Shown: positions 35,681-45,832, counted from the stretch's first letter. The stretch is DNA of 61,204 nt from Candidatus Dormiibacterota bacterium (GCA_035938265.1 DASZHA010000040.1:1-61204), one strand, 5' to 3'. Numbers and translations are program-made. The notes: generated from the letters alone by a model not told the origin.

Positions 35681-36817
35681 ATGAAGCTGACCTGCTCGCC
35701 CGATGCCCTGGGCCATGCACTGCAGGTGGTATCGCGCGCTGTCAGCCCGCGGACCACGCTGCCAATCCTCAACAACGTCCTCATGGAGACCACCACGGAA
35801 GGCCTCCGCCTGACCGGGAGCAACCTGGAGATCGGGATCGTCGACCACGTCGACGCCGAGGTGGCGGCCGAGGGGTCGGTGACCCTGCCGGCCAAGCTGT
35901 TGACCGAGTTCGTGGCCCAGCTTCCCAACGAGCAACTGGAGATGGAGCTCGACACCAAGACCCAGACGCTCAGCGCCAGGTGCGGCCCGTACCACGACGT
36001 CAAGATCAAGGGCATAGACGCCAAGGAGTTCCCGCCTCTGCCGCCTCAGGAGGAGGGTCTCAAGGTGACCATGGAGCAGTCCGAGTTGGTGCCGGCGATC
36101 GAGCAGACGGTGGTTGCAGCCAGCGCCGACGACGGCCGCCCGGTGCTGACCGGGGTGTTGACCCAGCTTGGCTCGGAGCAACTGACCCTGGCCGCGACTG
36201 ACGGCCACCGCCTCGCGGTTCGCACCCTGCCGGCCAAGACCGCAGGCGCCCCCGGAGGTGAGGAGGACGGCGCCGGCGACTCGGTGATCATCCCGGCGCG
36301 CGCGCTGGCCGAGTTGAGCCGGATCCTCAAGGGCGAGGGCACAGTGGAGATGTCGATGGGGCGCTCGCGAAACCACGTGTTCTTTTCGCTGCCCCGCGTC
36401 GAGCTGATGTCGCGGCTGATCGAGGGGACCTACCCCAACTACTCGCAGGTCATCCCAGAGCAGTCCAACACCACCATCACGGTGGCTGCCAAGGAGCTCC
36501 TGGAGCGCACCCGCGGCGTCGCCATCTTCGCCCGCGACAGCGCCAACGTGGTCCGCATCAAGACCGAGGCCGGCGAGATCTCGATCTCCGCCAACACCAG
36601 CGAGGTGGGCTCCAGCGAGGCGTCCGTCAGCGCCGAGATCGACGGCGCCGATATCCAGATCGCCTTCAACTCGCGCTACCTGCTCGACGTCCTGGCGCTG
36701 GTCTCCACCGAGAAGGTGACGCTGGGCTTTAACGGCCCCCTCAGCCCGGGGGTGGTCAAGCCGGCCGGCAAAGAGGATTACACGTATGTGATCATGCCCG
36801 TCCGGGTGGCGATGTAG
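35681..36817 (+). CDS. dnaN: DNA polymerase III beta sliding clamp
   Basis: 378 aa. LPILNNVLMETTTEGLRLTGSNLEIG...ATDGHRLA...LIEGTYPNY. Confidence 0.97.
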   Translation: MKLTCSPDALGHALQVVSRAVSPRTTLPILNNVLMETTTEGLRLTGSNLEIGIVDHVDAEVAAEGSVTLPAKLLTEFVAQLPNEQLEMELDTKTQTLSARCGPYHDVKIKGIDAKEFPPLPPQEEGLKVTMEQSELVPAIEQTVVAASADDGRPVLTGVLTQLGSEQLTLAATDGHRLAVRTLPAKTAGAPGGEEDGAGDSVIIPARALAELSRILKGEGTVEMSMGRSRNHVFFSLPRVELMSRLIEGTYPNYSQVIPEQSNTTITVAAKELLERTRGVAIFARDSANVVRIKTEAGEISISANTSEVGSSEASVSAEIDGADIQIAFNSRYLLDVLALVSTEKVTLGFNGPLSPGVVKPAGKEDYTYVIMPVRVAM

Positions 36818-36851
36818 CGGGGCGTGGATTCGAGACCCTAGGTCGTTTCCA

Positions 36852-37967
36852 GTGCTGACCGCGGTCAGCCTCTACGCCTTTCGCAACTACACAAAACAGG
36901 CCGTTCCGCTGACGCCTGGCATCAACCTCTTCCTGGGCGCCAACGCGCAGGGCAAGACCAACCTGCTGGAGGCGATCTACCTGGCGGCGACCTCGCGCTC
37001 GCCGCGGTCCGCGGTGTTGGCGGAGATGGTGATGTGGGAGCAGCACGCGGCGCGGGTGGTGCTGGAGTTCGCCGATGTCGGGGGCGCCCACACACTCGAG
37101 GTGCGGCTGGACAGAGACAGCGGGCCCCGGACCAAGCGCAAGCTGGTCCTTGACGGCAAGCCGCTGGCGTCGTCATCGCTGGCGGGCCGGGTCAAAACCG
37201 TGCTCTTCCACCCCGAGGAGATGGGGTTGATCCGCGGCTCCGGGGAGGGCCGGCGCCGACTCCTAAACGGGCTGATGACGCAGTCGGAGCCGGGGTTCGC
37301 CTCGCTGCTGTCGCGTTACGGCCGGGTCGTCGAGCAGCGCAACGGGCTGCTCAAGCGCATCGCCCAGGAGTTGGAGCCGGTCTCGGCACTGGGGTACTGG
37401 ACGGAAGAGGTGGGGCGCGTCGGCGCCGAGGTGGTCGAGGCCCGGCGCCGGTGCCTGGCCCGGGTCGGCCCCCTGGTGGCGGAGCGCTACGACGACGTGG
37501 CCGGCGGGGAGGCGCTGGAGCTGAGCTACGCTCCCAGCGTGGACCCGTCCGGGAACCCCGCCGACCCCGCCGCCGCCATCGTCGCCGAGCTGCAGGGCCG
37601 CGAGCGCGAGGAGGTCGCCCGGGGCCTGACCGTCGCGGGCCCCCATCGGGACGACATCAGCTTCCAGCTGGGTGGGCTCCCCGCTGCCAACCACGCCTCC
37701 CAGGGCCAGCAGCGGACCGCCATCCTGGCTTTCAAGCTGGCAGAGGTGGAGGTCCTTTCGGACGACGGCGTGGCTCCGGTCCTGCTGCTCGACGACGTCA
37801 TGTCGGAGCTGGACGCGCCCCGTCGCGAGCACCTCCTGGCGCTCGTGGAGGCGGTCCCCCAGGCGGTCATCACGTCGGCCGAGGAGGGCTACTTCCCGCC
37901 GGGATTCGTTGACCGGGTGGCCGCCCGCCGGGTGACGGCGGGGACCGTGGCGAGCCTGCAGCCGTGA
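36852..37967 (+). CDS. recF: DNA replication and repair protein RecF
   Basis: FRNYTKQAVPLTPGINLFLGANAQGKTNLLEAIYLA (Walker A), SQGQQRTAILAFKLAE (signature), LLLDDVMSELD. Confidence 0.95.
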   Translation: MLTAVSLYAFRNYTKQAVPLTPGINLFLGANAQGKTNLLEAIYLAATSRSPRSAVLAEMVMWEQHAARVVLEFADVGGAHTLEVRLDRDSGPRTKRKLVLDGKPLASSSLAGRVKTVLFHPEEMGLIRGSGEGRRRLLNGLMTQSEPGFASLLSRYGRVVEQRNGLLKRIAQELEPVSALGYWTEEVGRVGAEVVEARRRCLARVGPLVAERYDDVAGGEALELSYAPSVDPSGNPADPAAAIVAELQGREREEVARGLTVAGPHRDDISFQLGGLPAANHASQGQQRTAILAFKLAEVEVLSDDGVAPVLLLDDVMSELDAPRREHLLALVEAVPQAVITSAEEGYFPPGFVDRVAARRVTAGTVASLQP

Positions 37968-38350
37968 GCGACGATGACCGTGAGCTGCCCCCACCCAGCG
38001 CGCCGGTCCTGCAGTTTCGACCCCGCCGCCGCCGCGCCGGCAAGAAGGACGACGGCCCCGCCGAGCTCTCGGACCTGATGATGCCGACGTTAGCCAAGAT
38101 GGGCCTGAAGACGCGGGCGCGGCACATGCAGCTGGTGAACTTGTGGCCGGCGGTCGTCGGCGACATGGTGGCGGAGCACACCACCGTCGCCGCGTTCTCC
38201 CGCGGGCGCATGACGGTCGAGACCGACTCCCCGGCGATGGGCCACGCCCTCCTCGTCCAGCGGCAGGACATCATGGAGCGACTCAACGCCGAGCTCGGCT
38301 TTGACCTCGTTGCCGACATCCGCTTCAAGCTGCAAGGCGAGAAGCCGTGA
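37964..38350 (+). CDS. DUF721 (DciA-like) protein
   Basis: 128 aa. WPAVVGDMVAEHTTVAAFSRGRMTVETDSPAMGHALLVQRQDIMERLN is typical of DUF721, and it sits in the canonical position after recF. Confidence 0.8.
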   Translation: MSDDDRELPPPSAPVLQFRPRRRRAGKKDDGPAELSDLMMPTLAKMGLKTRARHMQLVNLWPAVVGDMVAEHTTVAAFSRGRMTVETDSPAMGHALLVQRQDIMERLNAELGFDLVADIRFKLQGEKP

Positions 38351-41178
38351 CGGTTGCCACCACCGGGCTCAACCCCGAACAGGCGGCGGCCTGCGAGACC
38401 CTCACCGGCCAGCTCCTGGTCCTTGCCGGACCGGGCACCGGCAAGACCCGCGTCATCACCTACCGCTACATGAACCTGCTCCAGCTGCCCGGCGTCGACA
38501 CCGAGAACATCGCCGTCCTGACCTTCACCGACAAGGCGGCGCGGGAGATGGAGGAGCGGATCGCCGTCCTGTGCGGCACGGGCTACCGCGACCTGATGGT
38601 GTCGACCTTCCACGCCTTCGCCCTTGCCTTCCTGCGCGAGGAGGGCCACCGGCTGCCGATCCCGCGTCAGTTCCGAATCGCGGCCGAAGTCGACAAGTGG
38701 TCGACGATGTGCCGCGTCCTGGAGCGACTCCGTCCCGAGGAGCTCTACCGGCTGCCCCGGCCGCGCGACGTCGCGCCCGACCTGCTCAAGCTCCTGGAGC
38801 GGGCCAAGCAGGAGATGGCCGGGCCCGATGACTACCACCGCATCGCCACCGACATGGTCCACGAGCACCGCCTCGGCTCCGACCTCCACGTCCAGGTGGC
38901 CGCTCTCTACCGCGCCCACCAGGAGGAGATGGCGGCGGCGGGGATGCTCGACTTCGACGACATCATCTACTGGAGCGTGCGGCTCCTGGAGCAAGACCAG
39001 GAGGTGCGCGAGCGCTGGCGCGCCAATGTGTCGCACATCATGGTCGACGAGTTCCAGGACACCAACTTCTCCCAGCTGCGGCTGGTGGAGCTGCTCGCCG
39101 GCGAGGAGGGCAACGTCGCCGTAGTGGGCGATGACGACCAGTCGATCTACAAGTTCCGGGGGGCCTCGGTGGCCAACCTCCGGCGCTTCCGCAAGACCTA
39201 CCCCGGCCTTCGCATCGTGCGGCTTACGACCAACTACCGCAGCACCCAGGAGGTCCTGGCGCCAGCCCACCGGCTGGTCAGCCACAACCCCGAGCGCGTC
39301 GCCAAGGAGGTGCAGAGCGACCGCACCGGCCCGGCGGCGCGCGTCTACCTGGCGCCCGATCGCAACCACGAGGTGGCCTGGGCGGTCGAGCGCATCGTGG
39401 AGCTGATATCCGGCCCCGAGAAGCTGGCCGCGGGCGAGATCGCCATCCTCCTTCGTACCAACGCGCAGCTCCGCGCCTACGCCCGGGCCCTGCAGCGCGC
39501 CGGCATCCCCTACCAGCTGTCCGGCGGCCGGGGCTTCCTCGACCAGCCCGAGATCAAGGACATCCGTGCCGTACTGCAGCTGCTGGTGAACCCCGACGAC
39601 AACCAGGCCGCGGCCCGGGTCCTGGCGATGCCGGGAGTGGGCCTCGCCGGGGCCAAGATCCTGGCCCTCACCGCGGCAGCGCGCCGCGACGAGGTCCCCG
39701 TCGAGGAGGCGCTGGGTCGTCTCGCCGGCGTCGAGGCGGAAGAGTGGACCCGCGCCGCCGGGGCGCTGGCGCTGATCCGCGAGCTGCGCGCTGAGAGCCT
39801 GCGCGCCCGGGCCGACGAGGTCCTCTTCAGCGCCCTCCAGGGCACCGGGTATGTCGATGTCCTCGACTACCCATCGGAGATCCAGCGACGGCAGGCGGGG
39901 GCCAACATCGACAAGTTCGTCGAGCTCTGTGAGGCCTACTGCGACAACCACCCCGACGCCACCATGGCCGCTTTCGTTGATTACCTGGGCGCGGTGGAGG
40001 CGTCGCAGTCCGAGGAGGCGATCCCGCCCATCGACACCGGGACGGAGGCGGTCCACCTGATGACGGTCCACAAGTCCAAGGGCCTGGAGTTCACCGCCGT
40101 CTTCTGCCCCGGCCTGGTCGAGGACCGCTTCCCGTTCAAGAACCCGGGCGAGGCGCTGCCTCTGCCCCAGGAGCTGATCGTCGAGGAGGTCGGCTCCCGC
40201 GACCCGCGCATGGCCGAGGAGCGGCGCCTTGCCTTCGTGGCGCTGACCCGGGCCAAACGACACCTCTTCCTCTCCGCCGCCGAGCGCTACGAGGGCACCA
40301 AACGCTGGAAGCCATCGCGCTTCCTGGCGGAGATGGGGTTCCTGCCGGCCCCCGACGGCAAGGTGGTGGAGCCGCCCAAGGCGGAGCCGGTGCCCGAGGT
40401 CGAGGTCGTCGCGCCGTCGGTGGCCCAGGCCGCCCTGCCTATGCCTCACCCGGAGGTCCCCGAGCTGAGCGTCAGCTACAGCGCCCTCGACCTCTACCAG
40501 CAATGCCCGCGGGCGTACCAGTACCGCTACGTCTACCGGCTGCCGACGCGACCCAGCCCCGAGCAGCAGTTTGGCGTCGCCGTCCACAATGCGCTCCGCG
40601 AGATCCTCGAGGGCGCCAACGATGGGCAGCCCCCACTGGAGGTGGCCCAGGAGACGTTCGACCGCCACTTCGCCGCGGAGCGCTTCTGTGACCCCGTCAA
40701 CGCCGACCTCTGGCAGGCTCGTGGCCGCGATTTCATCGCCGGCCTGCACCGCAAAGGCCGCCTCGACGGGCGCGTGCTGCACTCGCCGCCGGAGCAGAAG
40801 TTCACCCTCAGCATGTCGGGCTTCCGCGTCCAGGGCCGGATCGACCGCATCGACCGGACCCCCAAAGGCTTCCGCGTGATCGACTACAAGACCGGCGAGG
40901 TCAAGGAGGACTGGCAGCTGGAGCGCGACCTCCAGCTGGGCATCTACGCCATCGCCGTCGAGCAGGTCTTCGGGCTCAAGCCCGTGACCATGGCGATCTG
41001 CTACCTCGAGGACGCCACCGAGATCGAGGTGCTCAAGACGACCTCCCAGCTGCAGTCCGACCGCGAGGTCGCCGAGGAGCTGGCCGCGGGGATCATGGCC
41101 ACGGACTTCACGCCGGCGCCGTCGGCGTGGAAATGCCGACGTTGCGACTACCGGCTGGTCTGCGACGCGGCGATGTGA
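38347..41178 (+). CDS. UvrD/PcrA-type SF1 helicase fused to C-terminal PD-(D/E)XK (RecB/Cas4-like) nuclease with Cys cluster
   Basis: LNPEQAAA...VLAGPGTGKTRVIT (motif I), IMVDEFQDTN (II), VGDDDQSIYKFRGA (III), MTVHKSKGLEF (V), VALTRAKRHL (VI). C-terminal QCPRAYQYRY...GRIDRID...IDYKTG...KCRRCDYRLVC is like AddB/Cas4 Fe-S nucleases. Confidence 0.85.
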   Translation: MTVATTGLNPEQAAACETLTGQLLVLAGPGTGKTRVITYRYMNLLQLPGVDTENIAVLTFTDKAAREMEERIAVLCGTGYRDLMVSTFHAFALAFLREEGHRLPIPRQFRIAAEVDKWSTMCRVLERLRPEELYRLPRPRDVAPDLLKLLERAKQEMAGPDDYHRIATDMVHEHRLGSDLHVQVAALYRAHQEEMAAAGMLDFDDIIYWSVRLLEQDQEVRERWRANVSHIMVDEFQDTNFSQLRLVELLAGEEGNVAVVGDDDQSIYKFRGASVANLRRFRKTYPGLRIVRLTTNYRSTQEVLAPAHRLVSHNPERVAKEVQSDRTGPAARVYLAPDRNHEVAWAVERIVELISGPEKLAAGEIAILLRTNAQLRAYARALQRAGIPYQLSGGRGFLDQPEIKDIRAVLQLLVNPDDNQAAARVLAMPGVGLAGAKILALTAAARRDEVPVEEALGRLAGVEAEEWTRAAGALALIRELRAESLRARADEVLFSALQGTGYVDVLDYPSEIQRRQAGANIDKFVELCEAYCDNHPDATMAAFVDYLGAVEASQSEEAIPPIDTGTEAVHLMTVHKSKGLEFTAVFCPGLVEDRFPFKNPGEALPLPQELIVEEVGSRDPRMAEERRLAFVALTRAKRHLFLSAAERYEGTKRWKPSRFLAEMGFLPAPDGKVVEPPKAEPVPEVEVVAPSVAQAALPMPHPEVPELSVSYSALDLYQQCPRAYQYRYVYRLPTRPSPEQQFGVAVHNALREILEGANDGQPPLEVAQETFDRHFAAERFCDPVNADLWQARGRDFIAGLHRKGRLDGRVLHSPPEQKFTLSMSGFRVQGRIDRIDRTPKGFRVIDYKTGEVKEDWQLERDLQLGIYAIAVEQVFGLKPVTMAICYLEDATEIEVLKTTSQLQSDREVAEELAAGIMATDFTPAPSAWKCRRCDYRLVCDAAM

Positions 41179-42263
41179 GCACGGCCCAAGCGGGGAGCAC
41201 CTCGATACCGGCGCGCACGCGCGCGCCTGTGCGCGCCATCGACGCCGGCGTCGTCGACATCTTCCTCGTGGTGGCCGTCGCCACCGTGCTCATGATCCGC
41301 ATCTACCTGGAGGTGACCAACTACCCGCAGCTCGGCGGTAATGGCCTGCACATCGCCCACGTCCTCTGGGGTGGGCTGGGGATGGTCATCGCTATCGGCC
41401 TGTTGCTGGCGTTTCTCTCCGGCTCCGTCAAACGCATCGCCGCGATCGCCGGCGGCGTCGGCTTCGGCGCCTTCATCGACGAGCTGGGCAAGTTCGTCAC
41501 CGCGGACAACAACTACTTCTTCCGACCCACGGCGGCGATCGTATACGCGGTCTTCGCCGTCCTGTTCCTGGTGGCGCGGCAGGTGCGGAACATGCGGCGG
41601 CTGAGCCCGGCGGAGTACCTTGTCAACGCCATCGAGCTGTCCAAGGACATCGCCACCGGCACGCTCACCGAGGCCAACCGACTGCGAGCACTGGCGCTCC
41701 TCGACGATTCTTACCAGGCCGACGCGCTGGTGCCGGCGCTGCGGGCGCAGTTCGTGGCCTACCGGCCGCGCCCACGGGGCGAGCACCGGCTGATGGAGAT
41801 GGTCGCCTCGCTGCGCCGCTGGTATATCGCGCGGGCTAGCAAGCGCTGGTTCCGGCGCGTGATCGCAGCCGTCTTCGTCATCCGCGCCCTGAGCGCTGTG
41901 CTCGCCTTCGTCGCGCTGACGCTGGCGTTCGCGCTGGCCCATTTCGGCGTTGGCGACGCCCAGGCGGCGCTCAACGACATGGGCGGCCCCACCGGTTGGA
42001 TCGCGGTGGTGGCCTCGCTCCTCGCCGGCGTCCTGACGATCATGGGGCTGCTCCAGATGCGACGGTCGCGGCTGCGCGCCTACCGCTTCTTCGAGTTCTC
42101 GGTGCTGGTCAACCTCCTGCTGGGTCAGCCGTTCAACCTGCTGGACACCGGTTTCGCCGGCGCATTCGACGTGCTCTTCGACCTGTTCCTGCTGGCCAGC
42201 CTGGGCTTCATGCTGGCGCAGGAGCGGTCGGCCGCCATCCCCCAGGAGCCGGAGCCGGTTTAG
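41175..42263 (+). CDS. Polytopic membrane protein of unknown function
   Basis: Track ORF 41127..42263. GTG 41175 overlaps the helicase stop (GTGA). At least 6 hydrophobic helices. GGNGLHIAHVLWGGLGMVIAIG...GFGAFIDELGKFVTADNNYFFRP. Confidence 0.65.
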   Translation: MSTAQAGSTSIPARTRAPVRAIDAGVVDIFLVVAVATVLMIRIYLEVTNYPQLGGNGLHIAHVLWGGLGMVIAIGLLLAFLSGSVKRIAAIAGGVGFGAFIDELGKFVTADNNYFFRPTAAIVYAVFAVLFLVARQVRNMRRLSPAEYLVNAIELSKDIATGTLTEANRLRALALLDDSYQADALVPALRAQFVAYRPRPRGEHRLMEMVASLRRWYIARASKRWFRRVIAAVFVIRALSAVLAFVALTLAFALAHFGVGDAQAALNDMGGPTGWIAVVASLLAGVLTIMGLLQMRRSRLRAYRFFEFSVLVNLLLGQPFNLLDTGFAGAFDVLFDLFLLASLGFMLAQERSAAIPQEPEPV

Positions 42264-42273
42264 CCGGTCAGCC

Positions 42274-43431
42274 CTAGAGAACCTCCTCGTCGACCGCCGC
42301 GGGCGGCTCCACCGCGGCGGCAATCAGGTCCGCGATCTCGGCCGCCGCCGCCGGTCGCCCCACTGTCTCGGCGTGGCCCTGCATCCGCTCGAACTCATCG
42401 CGGTCCTCCACCAGGGCGTGCCGGACCAGCGACACCAGCTTGCTGACCCGGCGCGCGTAGTGGCCGACGCCCTGCTCCAGGACGAAATGGACGTTGCCCT
42501 CCTCCTGTCCGGGGACGAAGTACGTGAGGAAGATTGGAAGCCCGGTGATGAGCGCCTCGGCGATGGTGCCGGGCCCCGCCTTGGTGACGATCGCGTCCGA
42601 GGCCTGCATCAGCTCGGGCATGTTCTCGACGAAGCCAAAGACGTGCACCGGCCCGTGGTACTGCCGCGCCGCCAGCCGGGCGCGGAGCTTCTCGTTGCGG
42701 CCGCAGACCACCAACAGCTGCAGCCCAAGCCCGGCGGCGTCGAGCGCCTTGGCCTGCGCCGCCAGCCGGCCGGCCCCCTCGCCGCCGGCCACCAGCAGCA
42801 GCGTCGGCTGGTCGCTGAAGCCAAGACGGGCGCGCAGGTCGCGCTTGGCCTGGCCGTGCAGCGGACCGGTGAAGCGCGGGTCGACCGGCAGCCCGACCAC
42901 GTGGACCTTGCGGGCGTCAAGGCCCTTTTTGACGCAATAGCGGCGCGCCTCGCGCGAGGGCACCACCACCACGTCGGCCTTCTTCGACATCCAGAAGCGG
43001 TGAAAGTCGCTCATGTCGGTGATCACCGTGATGAAGGGCACGTCGAGGCCGAGCTTCTCGATCGCTTCGACGACGAGGTGGTTGGTCAGGGGGTGGAAGG
43101 AAACCACGCCGGCAGGGCGCCGGTCGCTGAGGTTCCGGCGGATCCCCGGCCGGAACTGGTTGCCGAGGACACGGATGGCGGCCCGCGTCATCGCCCGGTT
43201 GTCGGTGCCGTGGAAGATCATCCCGTAAGTCCGCGGCATGTGCTTGATCAGCCAGTTGTAGCGATACACCAGCCAGCTGAGGAAGGGCCTGCTGCCCTCG
43301 ACGAAAGGGTCCAGCAGCTGGATGTCGAAGCGCCCGGGATACTCGGTTTCCATCGCCCGCTGCACAGCGGTGGCGGATGCCCGATGTCCCGCGCCCTGGT
43401 CTGAAAAGAGGAACAAAATCCTGGCCGGCAT
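42274..43431 (-). CDS. GT28-family diacylglycerol glycosyltransferase (MGDG synthase/UgtP-like)
   Basis: ARILFLFSDQGAGHRASATAV...(MGDG_synth N-domain), C-terminal TKAGPGTIAEALITGLPIFL. Confidence 0.8.
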   Translation of the reverse strand: MPARILFLFSDQGAGHRASATAVQRAMETEYPGRFDIQLLDPFVEGSRPFLSWLVYRYNWLIKHMPRTYGMIFHGTDNRAMTRAAIRVLGNQFRPGIRRNLSDRRPAGVVSFHPLTNHLVVEAIEKLGLDVPFITVITDMSDFHRFWMSKKADVVVVPSREARRYCVKKGLDARKVHVVGLPVDPRFTGPLHGQAKRDLRARLGFSDQPTLLLVAGGEGAGRLAAQAKALDAAGLGLQLLVVCGRNEKLRARLAARQYHGPVHVFGFVENMPELMQASDAIVTKAGPGTIAEALITGLPIFLTYFVPGQEEGNVHFVLEQGVGHYARRVSKLVSLVRHALVEDRDEFERMQGHAETVGRPAAAAEIADLIAAAVEPPAAVDEEVL

Positions 43432-43457
43432 TTGTGCCCGTCATACGATACTTGGGC

Positions 43458-44504
43458 ATGTCAGCCACCGCCGATCGGTCGCGCCCTAACCCGAATGGGG
43501 CGCTCGAGGTTGAGGGCTACTCCACCGCCGACGCCTTTGTCAGCCTCCGCGACGAGTGGATCGACCTGGAGAAGCGTGCCTCCACCGACAACCTCTTCCT
43601 CACCTACATGTGGCAGCACTCCTGGTGGCAGGACCTCGGCGACCGCGACGGTCGCGTCCTGGACCTGGTTGCCTTCCGTGACGCGGGGCGGCTGGTTGGG
43701 ATCGCGCCGACCTACCAGGAACAGGCCGGCGGCTTTACCCTGGTGCGGTTTGGTGGCGGCCTCGAGGTCACCGACTACCTCGGTTTCATGGTCGAGCCCG
43801 CTTACGAGAAAGCCGCCGGCCGAGCCTTCCTGGAGCGATGTCTGACGCGGCCGGGGTTGGTGCTCGACCTCCACTACCTGCGCAGCGATGGGGTGACGCT
43901 GAAGGCGATCATCCAGGCCGCTGCCGACCTCGACCGTCGCTTCTCGGTCGAGGAGGAGGAGGTCAGCCCCCGGATCGAGCTGCCCTCGACCTGGGACGAG
44001 TACCTGGCCCGGTTGGGCAAGAAGCACCGGCACGAGCTGCGGCGCAAGCGGCGGCGCCTGGAGGACGCCGGCGGCTGGACCATCACCGAGACCAGCCAGG
44101 CCACCCTGGCCAACGACCTGGAGGTCTTCTTCGACGTCCACGCCAAGAGCATGCGAGAGAAGGCGGACTTCATGACCGAGGACATCAAGACCTTCTTCCG
44201 ACACATCTGCGGCCACCTGGAGGAGGAGGGATGGCTGTCGCTGCGCACCCTGGTCCACGAGGGCCGGCCGCTGGCCGCGGTCCTAGGTTTCGTCTACCGC
44301 GGCACCCTGCTGCTCTACAACTCCGGCTATGACCCGGAATACAACCAGCTGGCCCCAGGGTTCGTACTCATGACAGAGGAGATCCGTCTCACCATCGAGG
44401 CAGGTCTTAACGAGGTCGACTTCCTACGAGGCAATGAAAAGTACAAATACGACCTGGGCGCCACGGATCGGCCCCTGGTCCACCTGACGGTGGAGCTGTC
44501 ATGA
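43458..44504 (+). CDS. GNAT-fold acyltransferase, CelD/BioF2/FemAB-like
   Basis: Track ORF 43377..44504. WIDLEKRASTDNLFLTYMWQHSWW...YNSGYDPEYNQLAPGFVL...DFLRGNEKYKYDLGA is typical of the Acetyltransf_6 family. Confidence 0.6.
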   Translation: MSATADRSRPNPNGALEVEGYSTADAFVSLRDEWIDLEKRASTDNLFLTYMWQHSWWQDLGDRDGRVLDLVAFRDAGRLVGIAPTYQEQAGGFTLVRFGGGLEVTDYLGFMVEPAYEKAAGRAFLERCLTRPGLVLDLHYLRSDGVTLKAIIQAAADLDRRFSVEEEEVSPRIELPSTWDEYLARLGKKHRHELRRKRRRLEDAGGWTITETSQATLANDLEVFFDVHAKSMREKADFMTEDIKTFFRHICGHLEEEGWLSLRTLVHEGRPLAAVLGFVYRGTLLLYNSGYDPEYNQLAPGFVLMTEEIRLTIEAGLNEVDFLRGNEKYKYDLGATDRPLVHLTVELS

Positions 44505-45784
44505 GCGACCAGCGCCCGGTGGCGGTGATAACGGCGCACGCGTGCCCCTTCTCGGAGATCGGCGGCGCCGAGAACGGCGGTATGAGCATCTATGTCCGCG
44601 AGGTCACCGCGCGCCTCGCCAAGCGGGGTGTGCCCAGCGTCATCTTCACTCGTAAGGAGGACAGCGGGGCGCTGGCCCACGTCGACCTACCCGACAGCTG
44701 TCACCTGGTCCACGTTGCCGCCGGGCCGGAGGCGCCCATCAGCAAGAACGCGCTCTTCTACCACATGCCCGACTTCTACCGTGGCGTGGCGGCCTGGGCG
44801 CGGGATAACGAGGTCTACTTCCGCCTCGTCCACAGCCACTACTGGATCAGCGGCTGGGCCGGCCGCCGGCTCAGCGGGCTCTGGGGCGTGCCCTGGCTCC
44901 ACCAGGCCCACACCCTCGCCCGAGTCAAGGACCGCGACCGCCCCGTGGGCGCGACGCAGGAGCCAGACCAGCGGGTGGCGGTGGAGCTGGAGACCGTGCG
45001 CGGCTGCAACCGCCTGGTGGCCCCGACCCAGGTGGAGGTGGAGGACCTCGCCTACCTCTACGGGGCCGACCGGGACTGCATCTCGGTGGTGCCCCTCGGC
45101 GTCGACACCGAAGTCTTCCGCGACGTTGACCCCGGCGACCTTCGCGCCCGGCTCGGCATCCGCCCCGACGAGAAGGTGATCCTCTTCACCGGGCGGCTGG
45201 AGCGGCTCAAGGGCGTTGACACCCTGGTCCACGCGCTCGCCGACATGCTGGCCCGCCGGTCTGCGACCGATATACGTCTCCTGGTCTTGGGCGAAGACAG
45301 CGGTAACGGGCTGGTGGAGGCCGCCGCATATGGCGGCGAGCGCGGCCGCCTGACGGCGCTGGCCCAGGAGCTCGGCGTCGCCGAGCAGGTCACGTTTGCC
45401 GGCAAGGTGCCACACCACATGCTGCCCCGGTACTACAGCCTGGCGGACGTCACCGCTCTGCCATCGCACAGCGAGTCGTTCGGCCTGGTGGCGATCGAGT
45501 CGCAGGCGTGCCGGACCCCAGTGGTGGCGTCGCGTGTCGGCGGGCTGCGACAGCTGGTGATCGACGGCGTCAGCGGCATCACCGTCGCCGGCCACGACGC
45601 CGCCGTTTACGCGGATGCCCTGACCCGCATCATCGATGACCCCGAGCTGGCCCGCTCCATGGGCGACGCTGGCCGTACGGTGGCTGAGGCGTACTCATGG
45701 GAGGCCACCGCCGACCGTCTGCTGGCGGTCTACGAGGACACCGAGGCCTACTACCAGCGGGCGGCGACAGCGCTCCTGGGCTGA
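44501..45784 (+). CDS. Glycosyltransferase family 4, MshA/sucrose-phosphate-synthase-like
   Basis: VAVITAHACPFSEIGGAENGGMSIYVREVTARLAKRGV...SHSESFGLVAIESQACRTPVVASRVGGL. Confidence 0.8.
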   Translation: MSDQRPVAVITAHACPFSEIGGAENGGMSIYVREVTARLAKRGVPSVIFTRKEDSGALAHVDLPDSCHLVHVAAGPEAPISKNALFYHMPDFYRGVAAWARDNEVYFRLVHSHYWISGWAGRRLSGLWGVPWLHQAHTLARVKDRDRPVGATQEPDQRVAVELETVRGCNRLVAPTQVEVEDLAYLYGADRDCISVVPLGVDTEVFRDVDPGDLRARLGIRPDEKVILFTGRLERLKGVDTLVHALADMLARRSATDIRLLVLGEDSGNGLVEAAAYGGERGRLTALAQELGVAEQVTFAGKVPHHMLPRYYSLADVTALPSHSESFGLVAIESQACRTPVVASRVGGLRQLVIDGVSGITVAGHDAAVYADALTRIIDDPELARSMGDAGRTVAEAYSWEATADRLLAVYEDTEAYYQRAATALLG

Positions 45785-45832
45785 CCCCGGCGGGCTGCTC
45801 CCGCCCGCAAGGTGGCTGTTACGCTCTGCCTG

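Noticed and set aside
36818-36851. tRNA T-loop-like TCGAATCC on the minus strand in the dnaN-recF spacer
   Set aside because: The flanking bases do not form a T-stem. Only 34 nt of non-coding sequence are available, and no cloverleaf can be drawn.
37870-40782. 970-aa minus-strand ORF, the longest in the track
   Set aside because: It is entirely antisense to the well-supported helicase-nuclease gene, which has the SF1 motifs I-VI. Its product is low complexity (G/A/R/L/V/D-rich) with no recognisable motifs. This is a typical shadow ORF in high-GC DNA.
41148-42323. 391-aa minus-strand ORF opposite the membrane-protein gene
   Set aside because: The product is a hydrophilic, low-complexity D/E/R/G/H-rich sequence. 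The plus-strand frame encodes coherent TM helices and is translationally coupled to the helicase.
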